Shown here in pieces: positions 42,403-58,390 of a DNA stretch of 64,000 nt. The stretch's first letter is position 1. Every line of letters starts with the position of its first letter. A program made the translations under genes and the position numbers. The notes beneath the pieces are model-generated. The model worked only from the letters and a program-made list of their open reading frames with translations, made no database searches and was not told the DNA's origin. The DNA lies in assembly GCF_009914755.1 (NCBI RefSeq), contig NC_060948.1. One strand, 5' to 3'. Source of the stretch: the human T2T-CHM13v2.0 reference genome, Homo sapiens.

Positions 42403-43419
42403 ACATCTTAATTCCTGTGCGCCAATCCTTCTCTCTATAGCTAATTATAATCATACATGTATATGGTTACATTTCTATTAGTAGCATTTCACAGTGGGAA
42501 TTCAGTGATTTAGTGATTACTGAATTAATTGTTGTATGAGGCTCCCTGACAGCAAACACTGAGTCTTTTTGTTCACTATCCTCAGTGCTATCATTTTACA
42601 GTAAATGGTGGAGGAAACGTAACTTCCTACCAAAAGCATTTTGTGGCGCTGAAATAGGAGAAAGTGAGATTCTTTACTCCATTTCCAAAATCATGGATAC
42701 TGGCTCCAACATCAGAATTTACATGGTGCCTAAAGAATTCATCCTATTGCATTGAATACATTCATGCACATGAGTATTTTCTGAGCAATTTTGGTTTCCA
42801 ATGAGATACTCATCTCCAGACAGCACTGGACCTTACTAAGATGACTAATTATTAGTTGACATGTGAATACTATGTGCTAGGTGAATGTGTGAAAAATGTC
42901 ATTGGCTGGAAGGGCTTTTCTCAAATTGTCCAACTTTGCAGCCGTGGACTAATAACCATTTTTCATGAACCAACTCTGTCTCTTACATATTTGTTTAGGT
43001 TGGGTTAAAGTTTATTTCAATTGAACGTGTACATAGAGTTGTTGTATTTAGGAGACTTTCTGAAATAATTCTCAGGCAATCCCTTGAGGTAGAAAAACAT
43101 CTCCTTGCTTTACTGTAAATCCATTTCCATGCTTTTTTCTATTCATAGAGGCCACCTGTATTCCTTGGCTTATGACTTTAGAGACTGACACTTGTTGCCT
43201 ACAAGTGGCTAAATGCAGGAAGGACAGTACCCCTTTGAACTTAATTTGTTTCCCATTGGATCTATGGAACCATTCCCTATGTGCTAAGGCCATAAAATAA
43301 TCCCTGAGGAGATGGATTACTGTTCAGCTTATTGAAAGAGTTAGCATAAATCTACCCAGATCTCTCCTTAGATTTTTGGCTGTTCTGGGTTGGCAATCAT
43401 GTTCACATCTTTTCCTTTC

Positions 43420-43763
43420 TTTTTTTTTCATTATTTTTAAATTTAAGCATATTTATGCAGTAGTTAGCAATGTTTTGATACATATAAGGCATGCTGATCA
43501 GATCAAGGTATTCGGCATATCCATCATCTCAAACATTGATCATTTATTTGTATAGAAACTTCCAATAGCCTCTTTCTAGCCATTGGATACGATACATCCT
43601 TGTTAACTACAGGGTTATAGAATACTAGAACTTATTCTTGATATCTGGCTGGAATTTTGTATTCTTTCACAAATCTTTCTCTATCCCTTTCCTTTCCTTC
43701 TTTCCTTCCCAGCCCCTAATATCCTACGTTCTATTCTTTCCTCCTATGAGATTAACGTTTTAG
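43420..43763 (-). mobile_element. L1MA 3' end
   Basis: tgatcagatcaaggta..catatccatcatctcaaacatt...aatactagaacttattc...ctatgagattaacgttttag. Confidence 0.75.
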
Positions 43764-43869
43764 ATGAGAAATTCATAACAGGGGATACTACCTAAATACT
43801 ATGTTGGGAAGTTACCTGTTAGAGGACTGGGTCCTCTCTTAAGAAGTGACTTCCCAGTATAGTATCTAG

Positions 43870-44082
43870 GTAGCATCCCTCAGCCTGCAGACTCCATGAG
43901 GCCAAGAATGCTTTTAGTGTGGCCCAACACAAATTTGCAACCTTTCTTAAAACATTGTGAGTTTTTTTGTGTGATTTTTAAAAATTAGCTCATCAGCAAT
44001 TGTTGGTGTATTTTACGTGTGGCCCAAGACAATTCTTCTTCTTCCAGTATGACCTAAAGAAGCCAAAAGATTGGACACCCCG
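43870..44082 (-). mobile_element. MER30 (hAT-Charlie)
   Basis: gtgtggcccaagacaattcttcttcttcca...gaagccaaaagattggacacccc. Confidence 0.9.
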
Positions 44083-45294
44083 GCAGAGGGAGGAGGTTTT
44101 ATCTAAATCATGAAAACTGGTTGGAATATTGGCCAGCAGATGCCGCCATGGCAGGGAATTGGGATTTCTTGTTAAAGGTGTTACCATTTGAGCATATTGT
44201 AACATTATTTATTACTTTCTTATTTACTCTTTTTCATGCTGTTAAGTATTTTGGGGTGAATTCAGTAATTTCCCATCCCTTCAATTGAATGTAGTAGTAA
44301 TAGTAATAACAATAACAATTCTAAACCTGGAGAGATTTTATAAATACCTAAAATTGCATGTAATTATGAAAGAAATGAAATCATTAAGCTAGGAATCACT
44401 CTTTTAGTGAATCTCAAAATAACATGCTTTTTTTAATGAAAAAAAAGCTAATTATTTAAGGTAAATCTGTAAACACCTAGAGGTACATTAAGCTTACATG
44501 TTGGCCCAAAGTGATGGTTTATGAATTTGTGAAAGAGTGAAAGGATTGGCTTAGAGTCATTACTGTATGGGATTAAATACTTGCGTTCAACAAAAATCTC
44601 ATCATATAATCACCACACAGTATTATTTTCTGAAGAAACATAATGCTAATGCAAACATAAATGGATATTAAAATGGAGACAAATTAGAAATCATCAGGAT
44701 GTGTTTTTAAAAGCTAGGTAGTATTTTTTGATTATAGAATTAGGTAAAGGCTCTGAATCCTTGAGAGCAACAACTTGGAATACTTAAAATTATCTGTATT
44801 ATTAACAATGGAGGACTGTGTTCAAAACACAAGATATCTTAAGAAGAATTTGCATCAAGTTTGGCATCAGAATCTTGCCAGGTGAATTGGCTGTATTTTT
44901 AAAGTAATATTGTGATGTTTATGGGACCCACCTGCAGTGAAATAGGTCTCTTTCATTCCACACCTGGATACAGCAATCTCTTTGCATTGCTCTTCTTCTT
45001 CTCTTCTGAAATGCCATCCTTCTTTGTGAACTACAATTTCTAACACTTAGTCCGTGCCTTCTAAACAAAAGTGTCAGTTCTCTGAATGCCATTTATTCTT
45101 CGTCGAATAACATGTTTAGTTATAATTCTTATTTTCTTTACTGCATCAAAGATCTTAAGACATAATCAATGATGTATTCCTCTCTCTGTTTTATATTTCA
45201 TTTTGTGTGAGTAAAACAAAACTTCCTTGCCAGAGATTAACTTAAGACCGTGTTCTGACTATTTGTTTAAAAGATGATGTTATGCCATGAAGTG

Positions 45295-45503
45295 TTTGAC
45301 TTCTAGGTTTGAACCCCAAAACCCCAATAGCTTGATCTCATTGACTAAGTTATTTAAGGATTCTGTGCTGCAGTTGCCTCATCTATAAAGTTAGGACAAA
45401 AATACTACCTTACCACTTTTAAGAAGGCTACAAAGTATTTGGAATAGTGCCTTGAATGCATTAATCAAATACTGCAGTTCAATACTTAATATTGTCATTA
45501 TTA
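45295..45503 (+). mobile_element. MIR
   Basis: aagttatttaa..tctgtg..cagttgcctcatctataaa core. Confidence 0.65.
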
Positions 45504-45845
45504 AATATCTGTTGCCATAGGAAGACCACTGGAATAGGAGTAAAAAGGGAAGGTGCAAATTTTCACTCCAGCACCAGTAGCATGTATTATAAACACAATG
45601 ATACAGCATAGTCCTTACTATATAAAAACCAGGTGGGTCACTAACTAGTGCTAGAATGTTCTAGGGAAGTCATTCTTATTTTCTCTTCTTCAGGCTCTTA
45701 ACCTATAAAATGCAGATACCAAGTAAAAGGAACTAGGGCTTCTTGGAGAAATGGCTGATTTGAGAACTGGGGCAGGAAATATAAAAGGTAAGCTTGTAGT
45801 GTGTGTTGTAGTGCCAGAAAGGAGGACAATGCTAAGCCCGCATGC

Positions 45846-45884
<39 letters not shown>

Positions 45885-46059
45885 ATGACATGGTCATGAC
45901 ACTGCATACAAGGGCCAACTTAGAGAGCATTCCATGGCCCTCTTTGGGACAACTGGAGTAACAAAATAAATAACGTAGTTTTGAGTTATAACTCAAAGTG
46001 TAGAATACATATCCACAATCCAATATTTGATGTAGATGACTGAATAAATTAGCATGATA

Positions 46060-46548
46060 TAGTAATTTCCTAATGCTACTATAGAAAATTACATTATTTT
46101 TGGCATAAAACAGCACAAAGGTATCTCACCATTTTGTTTTGTTAGACATCTTCATTTTAAAGGTTAGAAGTCCCACATGGGTCTCCCTAGGCTGAAATCA
46201 AACTGTCCATAGAATTGATTGCTTTTGAGACCTGTTGGGGGAAATTCATTTCCTTGTTTTCCATTCATAGAAGGCACCTGCATTTCTTGGCTCATTCTTT
46301 TTGCTTGATGTGCAAAGCCAGCAGTGCAGTGTCTTCAGTTGCTTCTCTGACTGCACTCCTGCTTCCTTCTTGTTCTTGAAGGAACTGTTATGATTATATT
46401 GGGGCCACCTGGATAATTCACAATAATCTTATTTTAAAATCAGGCAATGCACAACTTTAATTCCATCTGCGAACTCATAACATATTGGCAGATTGAGGAA
46501 ATTAGGATGTCGATATCCTGGGGGAAGTATCATTATTTTCCTTACCAC
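46060..46548 (-). mobile_element. MLT1D-like LTR
   Basis: agaagtccc..atgggtctc..taggctgaaatcaa...gattatattgggg ccacctggataattca...attaggatgt...cttaccac. Confidence 0.7.
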
Positions 46549-46634
46549 TGGAGAGATGAGAAGAATTTCTCATGAAGAGGCATTTAAAATAATTTATATA
46601 GGTATTTATCCCTTAAGAAGTTGGAGTATAAATT

Positions 46635-46807
46635 TTTATTTATTTATTTATTTATTTATTTTTTACTCTTTGAATTCATTTTTACATTTTGGAGATGAAG
46701 TCACTCAATATTGCCCAGACTGTTCTCAAACTCCTGGCCTCTGGCAATCCTTCTGCTTCAGCCTCCCAGTGTTTTGGGATTATAGGTATAAGGCACTGCA
46801 CCTGGCC
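46635..46807 (-). mobile_element. FLAM/Alu monomer
   Basis: ttgcccagactgttctcaaactcctggcctc...gggattataggt...gcacctggcc; (TTTA)n tail; ataaat on both flanks. Confidence 0.85.
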
Positions 46808-46817
46808 ATAAATCTCC

Positions 46818-49710
<2,893 letters not shown>

Positions 49711-51054
49711 AGGTTTAACTGTGCATGATATCTTCCTTCCAAAGAGTGTACAGTATTGAAAGGGTAGACAAACGGTATCTTTATAGTGGAGGAACCTGAC
49801 AAACAATAACTCAGACAGATCAGACTCAATATCCACAGCGATAAACTATTTTTACTGTATGCATTCTTGATAGGCTGTGAGAAGAAAGGCATTTTCTTTC
49901 TCCCTTCCCAAAAATTCATAATTAGATCTCAGCTTAATCACGGTAGACATGAAAGACATCCCAGTTGTGCAATACTCTATAAAATGCCTGACAAAAATTC
50001 CTCAAAACCATCAAGGTTATCAGAAGCAAGGAAAACATGAGAAACAGTTATAGCCAAGAGGCACCTAAGAAGACAAGATGACTAAAATGTCACATGGGAT
50101 TCTAGATTGAATCCTGGTACAGAAAAAGGACATGAGCTACAAACTATGAGAATCTGAACAAAATGCAGGCTTTACTGAATTATAGTGTTTCCATCTTGGT
50201 TCATTAATTATAAGAAATATGTCACACTGATGTCAATGTTATTAATAGGGGAAACTGACTGTCAGGCATATGGCAGTTCTCTTTACTGTCTTCACAATTT
50301 TCTGCAAATCTAAAACTTTCCAAAATTACAAGTTAATTTAAAACAAATGGACAAATGGAAATGAAGGTATTATACCTTTTTTTCTCTAATTCTTGGAGAG
50401 GCTTTGCAGATGCTACTGTGTAATATCCATAAAGTTGCCTTGAAAATTTCTTAAATTTTAAGTTTAAATGAGATTTTGCTTAAAAATAAAACACGCACAA
50501 TGTCTAGTCATTTTTGTTTAATAATAATGCAAGTGATTACCTTGGTGTCTTCCTGGGTAAGATCTTTCTGTGATAAGTGGTTGGAGTCATAGAGTAAATA
50601 GTCAACACACTCTTGTTTTCTTGAGTAGCATGATTATATGGCCAAATAATTGACATGCAAATCATAGTGTCATCAGGGATACGTACAAATGTTCATGCAA
50701 CACAGACTTCTTCTAATGAGTACGGTATTAAACAGTTCAGTATAGCATTGAGCTGAGGAACATGTCATAGAGATTCTGGCACTTGTACTTGGTGCTCAAA
50801 GGTTTTACAAAGTTAGAGAGGAAATTTCTGGAGGGGAAGCTTAGAGACATCACATTCTCTGAATCAAGGAAGAGAATACTTCATGAGAAAAATCTGAGTG
50901 GAAGAAAAATGTTTGAGAAATCATGAAAAATACCACTGCCAGCTATGATATGAGCTAACATTTATGGATCACCAGTTGTATGCAAGAAAACATTTACATG
51001 TTACCAGGGAATCAGAAGGATTGAAAGAGAGTAATAAGCAATATTTATGTATAT

Positions 51055-51266
51055 GTTATTTTTGTTTGTTTGCTTGTTTGTTTTGAGATGGAATCTTGTT
51101 CTGTCACCCAGGCTAGACTGCAGTGATGTAATCTTGGCTCACTGCAATTTCTGCCTCCCTGGTTCAAGCAGTTCTTCTGCCTTGGCCTCCTATGTCTTGG
51201 GATTACAGGCATGTGGCATCACACCTAGCAAATTTTCCTGTTTTTAGTAGAGATAGGGTTTCACCA
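51055..51266 (-). mobile_element. 5'-truncated AluS
   Basis: ttgagatggaatcttgttctgtcacccaggct...tttttagtagagatagggtttcacc. Confidence 0.88.
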
Positions 51267-51440
51267 ATATGATTCTTTCAAAGTGCTCATTACATCAGAA
51301 AGTCCCTCGTGGAAATAGTTCCTCATAGAAAGGAAACAGTCTCGTGTTTCTTGGCCTTAGTTCTTTTAGGATGTAATGAGGATAATATTTTGCTTACCCT
51401 AACTACATAGGTATTTCACAATCTAGGTTGATAATCTCAT

Positions 51441-51444
<4 letters not shown>

Positions 51445-51471
<27 letters not shown>

Positions 51472-51738
51472 TATGTATGATTGTGTGTAGTGTGTATATA
51501 TATACACTTATATTGATTGCGTGTGATGTGTATATATATACATATGTGTATGTGTATATATACACAATCAGATATATGTGTATATGTATGCACATATATA
51601 TACATACACACATATGTGTATATATATACACACATATATACATATACACATATGTGTATATATATATACCTGTTCAAAGTTATTCGGTTTTGAATACAAC
51701 ATTTTGAGAGGTATCTTAGGGCAATTAAAAGTCAATTT

Positions 51739-51791
<53 letters not shown>

Positions 51792-51820
51792 GTAGCGGTC
51801 TATATATGCGTGTGTGTGTA
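51445..51820. repeat. (TA)n/(TG)n/(CA)n compound microsatellite including a pure (TA)~22 run
   Basis: Direct inspection; pure run ~51745-51789. Confidence 0.95.
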
Positions 51821-51832
51821 GAAGTTATTAGG

Positions 51833-52060
51833 TTTTTGTTTGTTTGTTTCATTGTTGTTTTTTGAGATGGAGTCTCGCTCTGTAATCCAGGCTATAGTAT
51901 AGTGTCATAACCTTGCCTCTCTGCAATATCCGCCACCTAGGTGCTAGGGATTCTTGAGCCTAGTCTCCCAATTAGCTGTGATTACAGGCATATGCCACCA
52001 TGCCTGTATAATTTTTGTATTTTTAGTAGAGATAGGGTTTCACCGTGTTGGCCAGGCAGG
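51833..52060 (-). mobile_element. 5'-truncated AluS
   Basis: tttgagatggagtctcgctctgt...tttttagtagagatagggtttcaccgtgttggccagg. Confidence 0.88.
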
Positions 52061-53404
52061 CCAACAGATAGATGTGTGTGTGTGCGCGTGTGAGTAATAC
52101 ATATAAACATCTTTGGGTGTATTAGATTTTTAATACAACATTTCAAGAAACATCTTAGGGCAAATAAATGTCAATTTTCTTTTCAAAATGACTTTTCTTA
52201 ATAAAATGTATTTAAAATACCTAGCAAAATATAATATTAAGTTAGTTCTCATTTTTAAATACACTGTGATTTAATCACAAGCTCACAGATCCTTAGAGAT
52301 GATATTGTCTATCAGCTGAAAATTCAAAAAAAATGGGAGATGCTCATGTAAATATACTAAGATTTGTATTTCATTCCTGAAAACAGAAACACTTCAGTGG
52401 TAAAATTTGCAACAAAAAAAAATGCTTATGGAAGCTTAGACAATGCTCTAGGACTCTAATAGTAAGCACAGGAATATGTCAGGAAGCCATACAGTCTTTA
52501 GATTCATTTTGATTCCTACCTGAAAAAGTGTCAATTCTTGCTAAATGTAGCAAAGCAACAAAGAAAAATTATTATTCACCTGTTTCTCTCAGTGTTTTTC
52601 CTAACCTTAACCCTATTTCCTAACCCTATTTTAAGTTATTTCCTAACCCTTTCCTATTTCCATTATTATAATAAAGCATTTTTGATCTGGTAGAAAATTA
52701 GAATTAGACCTTGCTTTTACTGTCATCACAATAGCATTTTATCAAGTTTTTTTAAAAAAATAGCAAATGGCAGAATTATTATATATTGTATGTTAATCGA
52801 AATTATTTTTTACCATGTTATGAATTATAATTTATATCTATTCTCAAAACTAAAGAAGATGCAACATTGCATTTGCACACTTGAGAGGAGAATTAGTTCC
52901 ACATGCTACATAGAGAGCTGTATTTATCATTGTTTTTCACAGCTGGTATGACTGTGACTATTATAATAGAGGTGAGCTTGCAAGCCAAAAATATGTGATT
53001 CATCCAACAGTTATTTACCATGTAACTTATATGTTCTGGATGTTTAGGTAGTTATTACAAATTAGGAAATATGGTGTTGAAAATCACAGGAAACACCTTT
53101 GTTTTCTTTTTCCTAGCCATTTAGCAAAGAGACCTAATTCAACAAGGTATCATGTTAAATATTATAATTCATTTGGTGATGAAAAATGCCAACTACAGTG
53201 AATAATTGAGGAACTCAAGTTTATTTAGGAATATAATGCTGGGATGAACAGGGAATGCCTTTCTTAGGAAATATAATTTAGGCTGACCAATAAAAATTTG
53301 TCTTACAGGAGAAAATGTGCCTTGCAAGTAGGGGGAACAGCAGAATTCCCAAAAGTCCTAAAGGCAACCTGATGATGAAATGAGTTAAGCCATGTTCACA
53401 GTGG

Positions 53405-53752
53405 TGTATTAGTTGACTTTTGCTACATAAGGAACCATCTCAAAGCTAAGCATCTCAAACAACTTTTATTTAGCAAAGCATCTCAAACAACCTCTATGTA
53501 GGTTATGATTCTTGGTTGGGAATCTGGGCTGTGCTCATCTGGGAGGCTCTTCAGCCTAGAGTCAACATCCAGGTCAGTTGGGTGCTCACTGGCCAAGCAC
53601 TATCTCAACATGGTGCTTGTCAGTGCTCATGTGGAATATCATCCTCTAACAGGCTAGTGAGGACTCTTCATGGAAACTTGTCAGAGTTGCATGTAGATAT
53701 GTTCAAGTTCTCTTACAGTGAAAGCTACATAGTGTCAGTGTCACCTCCCTGA
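53405..53752 (-). mobile_element. Old MLT1 (F/G/H-like) LTR
   Basis: tgtattagtt..ttttgctacataa...ggttgggaatctgggctgtgctca.ctggg...aggctag...cagtgtcacctcc. Confidence 0.6.
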
Positions 53753-53754
53753 TC

Positions 53755-54008
53755 CAGAATGTCCAAATAAGTAAATCCAGAAAGATACAAATGAATGGGC
53801 AGTTTCCAGGGGCTGGGGGAAAGAGGAAATGGAGAGTGACCACTAACTGGTACAGTATATTTGGGGGCATGGGGAATCATGAAAACGTTCTGCCATTCGA
53901 TATTGTTTATTATTGCACAGATCCATGAATACATTAAAAACCACTGGATTGCATACTTTGACATAGTGATATGTATGATACAGTAATTATATCTCAGTTA
54001 AGCTATTT
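53755..54008 (+). mobile_element. L1MB 3' end
   Basis: aatgtccaaataagtaaatcca...ccaggggctggggg...aaaaaccactggattgcatacttt...aattatatctca. Confidence 0.8.
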
Positions 54009-54085
54009 ATCAACCTATCTCTATCTAATCAATCTATCAACCAAATAAATTAAGACAGCCTATGTATAGAGACAAATAGACCAGG

Positions 54086-54379
54086 AGCCAGTCACTGTGG
54101 CTCACACCTGTAAACCTAGCACTTTGGGAGGCCAAGGTGGGTGTATCACCTTAGGTCCTGAGTTTGAGAACAGCCTGGCCAATGCGGTGAAACCTCACCT
54201 CTATTAAAAATACAAAAATTAGCCGGGAATGGTGGCGCAGGCCTGTAATCCCAGATATTTGGGGAAGCTGAGGCAGCAGAATCACTTGAATCAGAAGGCA
54301 GAGCTTTCAGTGAGCCAAAACTGCACCATTTCACTCCAGCCTGGGTGACAGAGCAAGACTCCATCTTAAAAAAAAAAAA
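54086..54379 (+). mobile_element. AluSx-like
   Basis: Both arms, taaaaatacaaaaattagcc linker, A tail. Confidence 0.92.
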
Positions 54380-54764
54380 GACAGAACAGAACAGAGGAAG
54401 GTAGGCAGAAACAGACTCTGGTAGATGTAAAACTTGGCATGTAAGTGAAGAGCCATAATACCTATGTAGCTGAAAATGGGAGTGTTATCTAAGGAAATAA
54501 TTCAAATAACCTGTATACTATACCACCCAGATAAATAAATTCCAAATGATTTATGATCCACATGACAAATAAAACTTTTGAACTGTTAGAAGAAGAGTAA
54601 TCAAATAAAATGTCTTTATGTTTTTGGATTACATAAATAATCCTTTTTTAAAAAAGCAGACATTATGGAGAAAATAGTGATAAATTATAATAAATATGCA
54701 TCTTAATGAATTACTTTATATAATTAAAAATCAATAAAATAGTTAAAGGCAACAGAACAGATAT

Positions 54765-55255
54765 CTCCAGTGCTCAACTGTGTAAGCTTGGGCAAATTAT
54801 TTAATCTCCACATATCTAATTTTCCTCACTGTGAGATGATATTAGTTACACATCTCAGAAGGTAGTTATGAAAAATATATATTCAGAGCTGGGCATAGTG
54901 GCTTTCACCTGTAATGCAGCACCTTGGGAGGCCGAGGTGGCAGAATCACTTGAGGCCAAGAGTTCAAGACTAGCCTGAGAAAAATAGTGAGATCCTCTCT
55001 CCACAAGAAATTAAAAACAAAAATTAACTGGGTGCAGTGGCACACACCTGTAGGGGTCCCAGCTACTCGGGAGGCTGAGGTTGGAAGGATCACTGGAGCC
55101 CAGGAGCTGGAAGCTGCAGTGAGCTAAAAATGCTCTTCACCCTGTGTGACAGAGTAAGAGTTCATCTCTAAAAAACAAACAAATGAAATGCAAATTCATT
55201 ATGCATAAAGCCCTTAGAACAGTATGCAGCACTGATTTGCACTGTTAAATGTTTG
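54765..55255 (+). mobile_element. MIR split by AluJ
   Basis: cttgggcaaattatttaatctc...ttttcctcactgtgagatg; resumes atgcataaagcccttagaacagt. Confidence 0.6.
54887..55183 (+). mobile_element. AluJ
   Basis: aatagtgagatcc...ggatcactggagcccaggagctggaagctgcagtgagct. Confidence 0.9.
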
Positions 55256-55616
55256 CCTTTACATCCTCAAAAAGAGACCATCATCCATGAATGTAAAGAT
55301 TTCCTGCAAACCAATAACAGATGTTCAGCCAATCAAAAATTGGCTTGCTATTCAAGAAGGGAATTTAGAATGATCAAGACAACAAATACAGAAATGCACA
55401 TCTGCACTATTTTCAAGGAACTTGCAAATTGAAATATAAACTGTCAATATATTATACTCATCAAAGTGACAAATATATTGTCTGATAATAACAAGTGTTG
55501 GGAATAGGATAAGGGGTGCAGAATTTTCTTACCTGCTAGTGAGTGTATAGCATAATACAACTTGTTTGGAAAGAAATACACCAGGATATACTGAAGATAA
55601 AATTAGTACTACCCTA

Positions 55617-56119
55617 TGTATCAGTTAGCTACTGCTGCATAACAAAGCACTCTAAAATTCATTCCCTTAAAACAATAAGCACTTACTACTGCTTATCAGC
55701 CTATGAATGTTGTTAATTGTAAATTTATTTTGGTCTTGGCTGTGCTCATTGATGTGTATTTATTGTTGTTTTGGGGTGAACTCTCTCAGGTAGTTGGGGA
55801 TTTGCGGGAGGTAATTTTGCCTAGGTTGGGGCCAATGGGTTCTTCTTTATGGCATCTATTGTATTCCAATCCACTAGTCTGCATTTTTCAGAGAGCAGTG
55901 GTAGAGTTTCAAGAGATTAAGAATATGTACAGGGGATTTCAGTTCTAGTCTTGGAAATAGCATATCATTATATTTTTTTTTCTTTTGAAAAAACACAATC
56001 ATAAACCAGTCAAGATTCAAGGGGTGAAAATACAGACTTTATCTCTATGTATGAGGAATAGCAAATTCATGGGACAGATTGTAGAACTGGGGACCCCTTT
56101 TGCCTGTCAATCGACTACA
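55617..56119 (-). mobile_element. Old MLT1 (F/G/H-like) LTR
   Basis: tgtatcagttagctactgctgcataacaaa...cttaaaacaataagc...ttggctgtgctca...agattcaaggggtg...caatcgactaca. Confidence 0.7.
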
Positions 56120-56446
56120 CCCTGTAATTCAACATTATCTATCTAGTAGTTATGTGCCCTAGAGCTGAGGTCTTCAACCTGGCAGAGGCCTTTTTAAAAC
56201 TTTTTCAAAGTATGACTCAGCTGATTATTTTAAAGAAACCAACTTTCAGGTACTCAACCTCCATATGTTGTCTTTTCTAAGCCTTCCTGGTCACCAAAAT
56301 CTCTTCCCATATCACAAAAGGATGACCTTCAGTACACAAGATGCGTTGGTACTGACCTGCCAGGGCTTGTAATAAAAGAAGTAACCATCTGAATGCTGCT
56401 TTCTGGGAAGCTACTTTACTGAAAGCTCCATAAATTAAGCCTCCCA

Positions 56447-56744
56447 GGGAGGTGTGGTGGCTCATGCCTGTAATCCAAGCACTCTGGGAGGCTGCCAGAG
56501 GTGGATCGCCTGAGGTTTGGAGTTTAGAGACCAGCCTGGCCAACATGGCGAGACCCCTTCTCTACTATAAATACAAAAATTAATTTGGCATGCTGGTGCA
56601 TTCCTGGAATCCCAGCTACTCGGGAAGCTGAGGCAGGAGAATCACTTGGACCCAGGAAGTGGAGCTTGCAGTGAGCCGAAATCACTCACTGCACTCTAGC
56701 CTGGGTGACAAGAGCCGAACTCCATCTAAAAAAAAAAAAAAAAA
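56447..56744 (+). mobile_element. AluS
   Basis: Both arms and A tail; TSD-like aagcctccca / aagcctgcca. Confidence 0.92.
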
Positions 56745-58124
56745 GCCTGCCATCTTATACGTATTTCTATTGGTCCTGTACCAATGTTCTTATTTCAGAA
56801 CATGAAAAAAGAAAAGAAGCCATAAGTTATCTAAGGCAATTCTTCCAAATCCAGAAATCGAACTTTCCTGTCAAAAACCAGTTTTTCAAAGTGCACATAC
56901 ATTGGGTGAAGCCCATCGGTAAATGATCCAATCTGAAAATCTTCTGAAAGTCATCTTTCAATTTCTTGGTGGTAGTACTATTCAAGTGGAGGTTCAGATA
57001 GATTTCAAAATGTCTGCATGGAATATTTTCCCCAGCTAGAGTCTTTTCTCTCAGTGTATGGAGGAAAGAGGAAGTATCCAGATTGAGTACCTGCTCTTCT
57101 CATCTTTCTTGGGCTACTCTTGTCCCTTCTGTGCCCTCCCCTTCCAACCTATGCTTTCCCTCAGAGCAGCCTGTTTTCTTTGCTCCCATAAATGTATTAC
57201 TGGTCCTTGCTCTTCTGTGCATATTTAGCAGCCCTAACCCTCTTCCTCACCAGCCACCCTTCTATCCCCAGACTGGCCTACCAGAAACAGCAGAGTATCC
57301 TCAATTCGTGCATGCATTTTCCTGCCACGTTGGAATGATCTGTATGCATGTCTGTCTCTGATGTTCATTTCCTTTTTCAGCGTGGCTATGTATTTACCTC
57401 TTTTAGCCAGGACTGCATGGCATTACCTCTCTAAGCCAGTCAAAAGGTTCAATACATACTTATAGAAGGAATGGGCTTATGAGCAAATAAACTCATGTGT
57501 CATGGTCAGTCTGTGAAGACAGATCAGTCACCTCCTAGCTGCAGAGAACTGGGGATTGTAAATTCTCCCCCAGTTGCCTTTCTGCGTTGGATTACAAGAT
57601 TAAGCCTGTATTCCTCTGTGGCCAAGTGATAAAATAATCAATCACACCCACATCTATCATGGCCAAGAAAACATTTATTTCCTCACCTCCTCCCATAGGC
57701 AAATTGCCCCGGGAGGAGCAATATGGAAAATAATGTAGTTCACTAAAAAAGCCTCTTTCTCTACTTAAGATAACAGTATCAAGTTGAAAATTAACCTTGA
57801 CCTCTTAAAAGAAAGGAATATACAGTAAAATATGAACTACTAAATACATTTTAATATAATATCTCATGAAGAGCAATAATGCTAAGGTTCTTTTTGGCTA
57901 TTTCCTTATATTCTTGCTTAGATAACAAGATCACATTTGTATCTGATGACTTTCTCTGATGATTTAGATATGTAAGTGGCAATAAAATTAATATATATTA
58001 TAAACAGATTTAAATTATTTCCTGATGCATAATGTTAACAGCAGTAGATGTGACTGTGAGGTTTTTCCTTTGATGTTAATTTTGCTTTTACAATAGTCCT
58101 CATTTTCCACATTTTTAAATTTTC

Positions 58125-58390
58125 TTTTTGTTATAAGGTCTAGCTGTGTCACCCAGGCTGGAGTGTAATCACACAATCTCAGTTCACTGCAATGAGGTTC
58201 AAATGATTCTCCCATCTCAATCTCTTGAATAGCTGGGACTACAGGATGTACCACCATGTCTGGCTAATTTTTTGTGAATTTTGTAGAGACGAGCTTTCCC
58301 CATGTTGGCCAGTCTTGTCTGGAATTACTGAGCTCCACCTACCTCAACTTCCCAAAGTGTTGGGATTAAGGCATGAGCCACCATGTGCAT
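58125..58390 (-). mobile_element. AluJ (diverged, small deletions)
   Basis: tgtcacccaggctggagtgta...agctgggactacagg...cccaaagtgttgggatta. Confidence 0.85.

Noticed and set aside
41785-42454. 178- and 209-aa ORFs rich in IYLS repeats
   Set aside because: Translation of the (TATC)n strand of the GATA tract.
51437-51865. Five overlapping Y/I/C/V-rich ORFs
   Set aside because: Translation of TA/TG/CA microsatellite.
52598-52661. Interstitial telomeric repeat
   Set aside because: Only scattered taacc(c) motifs; better explained as local duplication of atttcctaaccct than as a (CCCTAA)n array.
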